From Magallana gigas (taxonomy: Eukaryota): 64,000 nucleotides of DNA. The notes beneath the pieces are model-generated. The model was not told the DNA's origin and ran no database searches. It saw only the letters and a program-made list of their open reading frames with translations. Of this stretch, positions 58,655 through 64,000 are shown in pieces. Both the position numbers and the translations under genes were made by a program. Location of the stretch: NCBI RefSeq assembly GCF_963853765.1, contig NC_088854.1, forward strand, positions 7,750,001 through 7,814,000, written 5' to 3'. Position 1 is the first letter of the stretch; each line of letters starts with the position of its first letter.

Positions 58655-61600
58655 CTAACTCTCCTTGGCCACCAGCACACCTCCAGTTTTCACATCTTTG
58701 CTGGATTTCTCCATATCCTTGGATTCTTCTCCTTTAATCTTTAAATTATGCCTCTCTCGGTATTTGTTAATTTCATTACCTTTAGTTTCTAGTTGTTTTG
58801 TTAATGTTTCTACTAGTTTGTTCATCTGAAAAAGAAAACATAATATGCAGCATCCTAAAAATAATATGTCCAAGAAGACAAAAATCAGAACCAACTGGAA
58901 AAACATTTTTACTTGTTCTTTGTTGTTCACTAAAGCTGGAAGTACGTCTTTGACTGTTCTCTCAACCAGAACTCCTCCAACCATTCGAAAGCATTTCCTT
59001 TCAGGTGCTACATCTTTTAGAGTTTCAATCACTAATCTATTAGAAAAAAATCATTAACATGGTCATATTCATACTGTAATAAGACTGCTACCCAAAGAGG
59101 GGGAAAAATCCTGCTTCTGGGACAGTTGGGTATGGGGGTATGTAGTTGTAGAATAATTCAGTTACTTCAAGTAAGCAAAAATAAATGAACATAGATCAAG
59201 TTTTAAATTGATAATAAATTTATTAACAAATAATGTAGATGAGAAACTGGTACCTTCAGATAAAGAAATAAATGGAAATATTTATAAAAATGACAAAAAT
59301 AACAATGAAAATGCTATAAAGTTTACTTTAGATTTACAATAAGAAAAATGAAATTCCTACAAGTTTTATTATAATTAAGGTTGGGCTCGAAATTCAAAAT
59401 ACTACTAAAGTATGACTCCTAATCTGAAGACTGAAAAATAAACTTCTAAGGAAAAAAAAATTAGTTTTATTGAACAGTGCCTTATCAAAGACAAAGTCAC
59501 AAAAGTTTAATTTATTAAGTATTTAATATTGAATTATTCCTAGTTTAGTTAATTGTTTATGAAACTTATGATTTTTAATATAATAAACAAATGATATAAG
59601 ATGAGTTTTATCACAATACAATGTACGACATTATTGTATGTTTGATTTTACAAACAATTTGTTATTTAAAACTATAAATCAGAATTGCCTACGACCATAT
59701 CATTACAATGTCCTTTTTACAATGTAATAACAATCTATTTAGTAACTTGAAACATGACAATTTAAAATATTAAATAAAATCAATCTCTTTAAGACAAAAT
59801 CAAGTTAAATATTTCAACTTTCTGGATGCATTTGATTGGTATCGGGTTTGTTTGCCCGAGTCCGTTCACCAAAAGTCCAATTATTGTTCGTTCTATTAAT
59901 CATTTGCCCTAAACCTTGTTTGCTACACCAAAACCTCGTCCATAATTAAACCACATTATCAGATCTTAACATAAAAATTATAATTTCAATCTCTGTCTAC
60001 TTTTTTAACAATAAATTTTGTTATACTTTCATGTTAAATACTGAAATCTGATTGGTTAAGACGCAGTTAATAATATTTACTATTACCCTCAGCGTTAGCA
60101 ACGCACTTGGCAACGGGTAACATTAAAAAATGTTACATGCGCGAAAATTATGCGCGTACGGTTCGCTGTAGAATTCACGTTATTCCTATATAAAAGCAGT
60201 AAAATTTTCTTAAAAATTTAAAAAAAGACATTCAGTATAACAAAATAAATAGTGCCTGTTTGGGAGGATAACAGTTGAAATTGACACCCCTCGAAAACCA
60301 TTGTCAACCTCCGCTTCGCGTCGGTTGACAATGGTTTTCTCGGGGTGTCAATTTCAACTGTTACCCTCCCAAACAGGCACTATTTATATAATATTTCACA
60401 TTTATCTCAAATTGCTTTACTTCCAATAACTATTTCTTATATTTTATTATTTTTATTTCTTCAAAAAGACATAATTGGTATTATTGTTTGATTTTAAAGC
60501 CGGAATTATAGATAACTGTCTTGCTGTTTTATGATTTGCTTGATGTTTTTAAACATTTAAAGAAATTGAAACATTAATTGGCCCTGTTTGAGGGTCAGCT
60601 GAGCAGCGGATTAAATAGCGCCTATTCTGTTGTGAAAAAATTTATATACCCGAACACAACACAATGAACACAATCCATTGATCGTTAACTGAGATATATC
60701 CGCTGATAGAACATGAAACTGTATCAAACTACTGTGAACCATAAATTTACAATTATAATTCACATTAAGTCATTGTAACGTTATCAGGTCAGCAAATTGG
60801 TTGGTATTTTTATCTTTAAGGTACAACAATATTAATTCTGTTTTAAAATAAGGCGAACGGACCTTGGGCGAAAGGAATTAAGGGCAAACGACGTCAACGG
60901 CGAATGCATTTTATGGCAAACGAACATACATTCCAATTGATTTTAAACCCTTTATATAACACTTGAGCACAAAAATTGTTGTGTGACAATCAAACGGGTT
61001 CAATATCAGGCTAGAGCCAGAAAGCTCAAAGGGTAGAGCACCTGTCAAAAAAATCTGGGGGCCTGGGTTGGAAATCCAGGTCTGGGCCATCAGTATTTCT
61101 TCCATCTTGTTACATTGTCATTTGGTGTCATGCCTACCCCTAGAAATGACAGTTAACTTCTGCCAGGGAAAAGAGTATGGGGATATGTCTTTGAGGGCAA
61201 AGATCATTAAGGGGGAGGAATGTGACAGTCATACCAGTCCAAGCAACGGGTAGGAAAGCTAAGTTGGTAGAGCACCTGACTAGAGACTCTGGGGGACAGA
61301 CTGAAATCAAGGTCTAGTCCATCATTATTTCCCCATCCTGTTACAGTTGTATAGAAATTTGATATACATGTAGAATGTCAAACAAAGACTAAGATAAAAA
61401 TATCAGAAATATCATATTCATTATGATTACTGAATTTCTATTACATTGAGATAAATTCATTTAGTGTAAACCTATTCAACCGAAAATCAACTATTACTTT
61501 AGCAAAACTATGATCTGCTCATAAGGCATGTCTCACTCATGCCCAAACAACGTGGTTTCCAATACACACAGAAAACATCATTATTTTGACGCGACCTTAA

Positions 61601-61752
61601 GCACATATTAATGATAGTAGGAAAACTTACTCGTGCTCTTTCATATCCATTTCTAATTCCGATATTTTTGAAGCTAGTGCCCTTTGTTGCTGCCTCAGTT
61701 CCTGAAAACCAGCAACAATTTGCTCCTTCGATTTGTTAATGGAGTTCGCCAT
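58655..61752 (-). CDS. PFDN2: Prefoldin subunit 2, 138 aa
   Basis: Exons 61631-61752 (MANSINKSKEQIVAGFQELRQQQRALASKISELEMDMKEH), 58913-59036 (LVIETLKDVAPERKCFRMVGGVLVERTVKDVLPAL) and 58655-58825. CFRMVGGVLVERTV is the PFDN2 signature. Confidence 0.96.
60019..60393 (+). mobile_element. ~375-bp element with ~70-bp-arm terminal hairpin (possibly Crypton-like), in PFDN2 intron 1
   Basis: Palindrome at 60245-60387 centred on CCGCTTCGCGTCGG. A second copy lies at 28619-28940. Confidence 0.85.
61009..61345 (+). mobile_element. tRNA-derived SINE-like repeat with two tRNA-like heads
   Basis: Two similar blocks, AGCTCAAAGGGTAGAGCACCTG..GGGTTGGAAATCCAGGTCTG..CATCTTGTTACA and AGCTAAGTTGGTAGAGCACCTGACTAG..CATCCTGTTACA, with degenerate A/B boxes. 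Confidence 0.6.
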
Positions 61753-62042
61753 TTTAGTAAACAGTACGGCATATTAATTTCACAAAATGAAAAACGTAAA
61801 AGATAATATATTTCAAAACTTTAAAATGATTTTGAATCTTTGAAATAAAATAAATATATAAATGAATTTATTTTATAAATAAAAATGTTGATAAAATTGT
61901 TTAATAAGCCTTGAATAAAAAAAAAAAATTGTTTTCGTTTTCTTAGTTGTCTTCGCAATCAGATTGTTTAAAAATGGCGGAAAAGGTTGAATTGTGAAAA
62001 ATGTGACACACCGATTTCCTTGCTTTTGACGATATTCAGATA
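61753..62042. promoter_or_regulatory. Probable bidirectional promoter / 5' UTRs between PFDN2 and the PROSER3-like gene
   Basis: Divergent start codons are 290 bp apart (61752 on -, 62043 on +). YY1-like CGCCATTTT/AAAATGGCG motifs lie at ~61748 and ~61971. Confidence 0.55.
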
Positions 62043-63760
62043 ATGGTTTTAGAATCCAAGACAACGAAGGTTCCAAGGTTTGTAAAGATCACGTTTTAGT
62101 TATATCATATTTGTTTATTTTCTTAAAACCATTTAAAATTAAGCTTTGCATCCTGAACATGCTGAAACATGACATAGTTTGTCAGCTGAGAAACCAACAC
62201 ATGAAACAAACGCTGAAAAATCAGTTTTGTGTGTTTACATGAATAATTTTCTATTAAGAAGGCAATTCAACAATATGATCAACACTTCACACAATGTTTG
62301 ATATTATACCAGTAGAAATTGTGCATATATATCAAGATATGGCAAAAATTCAAAGATTTCATAATTTACACGAGCATCTTTATACATTTCTTGTGAGATT
62401 TATAATGAGAAAATCTAAACCTTTTATCCATTCAGAAATTTTTATGACACAATGACAGTTTTCTGGTACTTTTCACATCCTTGCATTGCAAATTCTGCTT
62501 TGTAGAATTTAACAGGATAAAAATGTAATTTACTGTATCAAAATACAATGCACTAAATTATTGGTATGCTGAAATGAAACCATGTCTTAAAAGATTCAGT
62601 TATATATTATTGTGTATTTGTAACTTCTTTTTTTTTTAAATTTTAAGTGTTGCTTATTTGTTTTAGGGACCCGTTTGCAGTGAAACCTTTACCTAAAGCA
62701 TATTATCATCCAAGTAAACACAAGAATCTATCAAAAACACAGAAAAAGGTATTATGCTGGCACAGTATTATCTTAGTATCAGTGCTTTTGTCAACATTTC
62801 ATAGTTGTAAATATGTAGCTTAAAGTATAGAATAATTTTCATATTGACTTGTCTTCTTTTATCACTACGCCACTTTTGTAACAGACAAAAATATTGGGCA
62901 ACCCTGCAGCAGAAGACTGCAAAGAGGAGAGTCAACCCAGGGGTCCTGAAGATGAACTCTTTTTGAAGGGAGGTAATCGCTACATAGCAAAGACCCCACC
63001 TCCTGAAGACAATGCTTCATCCAAATTTGATGAGTCCTGGCCAAGCAGTGAGAGGCCATCTTCTGTGGGGTATACTTATAACTATAAACATTTACAGACA
63101 CTGCATTTATTTTACAATAAATCTAGATCTTTCATTGATTCTTAAATTTGTTAACTGATATATTAACTGAATGTGTAAAAAATGGGCCAAATTTAGTCAA
63201 ATATATGTACAGTGTTCCTAAATTTCATAGAACTTGCATTTAGGACTAAAATTTTGATGATGAATTTACAAACATAATTTAAGCCAACATTAAACAGGGC
63301 TAAGGGGCATTTGTCTTATTACAGGTTAACAGGCACCGATGACAAAAGTCCATACTCTCTCCAGACAATGTTAGATTTGTATGGAAGGAAGGGAGACTAC
63401 TCTGACATAAAACAGACTCTGTCTTTCACAGAGACTGACCAGAAGGAAGTATCAGGTGGAGAAGCATCCACACTGCAGAGGTAAGTATACTTTTCTCTTG
63501 ATAAATGAACCCAACATGTCAAAAGTTTTATCATAAAGATTCATTTACGGTGTAGTTTAATACCAAAGAACTGTTCAGTTGATGATTTTGGTCACTTTAT
63601 GTTTGATGACTGTTTTAGGTACATAGAGAGGTTCCGTAGAGGAGAGCCAATGAGTCGAGAGGATAGACAGCAACAAACAAAGGCCAGCTCTAGAGACTTT
63701 TGGTGGGTTGACCCAGCAAACCGGGAAAGTGAGGCAGTTAAAAAGCAGCCAGTCAGAAAG
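62043..63760 (+). CDS. PROSER3: Proline and serine-rich protein 3-like, 5' part; gene continues beyond the right edge
   Basis: Exons 62043-62077, 62667-62748, 62885-63069, 63325-63480 and 63619-63760 join in frame. Motifs DPFAVKPLPKAYYHPS, FDESWPSS and YIERFRRGEPMSREDR...DFWW match, from recall, PROSER3 (PF..PL..HYWPS, FEESWPSS, YINRFRQAQPTSREER...DFWW). Confidence 0.85.
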
Positions 63761-63848
63761 GTGTGTACATTTAATTAAAAGATAAATCATTAATTCACTT
63801 TTAAGTTTCCTGAGATTTCGTAATAATTTCATCCTCAAAATTCTTCAA

Positions 63849-64000
63849 TACTGTATACAGGGAAATATTTGCTACTGTTTTATTTTTCCCTCTTTTGCCT
63901 TCCTTGTCAGCGAGCTAATTCAAAACTGGGCAGATTCAAAACTGTTTTTAAATACGGTAATTATGTTAATTAGAAATTGCATCTATTTCTAACTGTGTCT
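63849..64000. mobile_element. Same MITE family, copy 3 (truncated by window end)
   Basis: Starts TACTGTATACAGGGAAATATTTG and is similar to the copies at 206 and 3792. Confidence 0.7.

Noticed and set aside
58826-58912. Hydrophobic insert VKMFFQLVLIFVFLDILFLGCCILCFLFQ in the PFDN2 ORF suggesting a membrane-bound prefoldin
   Set aside because: It is an 87-nt GT-AG intron that happens to be stop-free. Removing it restores canonical PFDN2.
61009-61345. Functional tRNA genes (also 15803-15872)
   Set aside because: The acceptor and T stems are degenerate and the segments are embedded in repeats, so they are treated as SINE/tRNA relics.

Overview
This is AT-rich, intron-containing animal genomic DNA. 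The repeat families and gene set suggest a bivalve mollusc, probably an oyster; this is an inference and no search was run. Conserved genes flank both ends. On the left, the 5' part of KIDINS220 (-) is head-to-head with a stand-alone gene resembling POLR1D isoform 2 (+). On the right, PFDN2 (-) is head-to-head with a PROSER3-like gene (+). Between them (18.0-57.2 kb) I reconstructed by hand four tandem, co-oriented, unnamed paralogues, each with 7 coding exons and identical intron phases (2,1,1,0,0,1). Each encodes an N-terminal tail plus TM1 (or a signal peptide), a predicted N-glycosylated coiled-coil ectodomain of variable length, TM2, and a conserved ~150-aa alpha/beta cytoplasmic domain whose strand/helix pattern fits a TIR/SEFIR/flavodoxin-like fold. 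This tetherin-like two-anchor topology joined to a putative signalling domain is the main candidate for an undescribed system. The window also holds many non-autonomous transposons: TTAA-targeting MITEs including nested and back-to-back insertions, satellite-bearing Helentron/HINE-like elements, hairpin elements with GAA-triloop tips, a ~2.5-kb foldback element, and several mini- and microsatellites. Exon coordinates come from manual reading of GT/AG sites and frame continuity, without transcript evidence.
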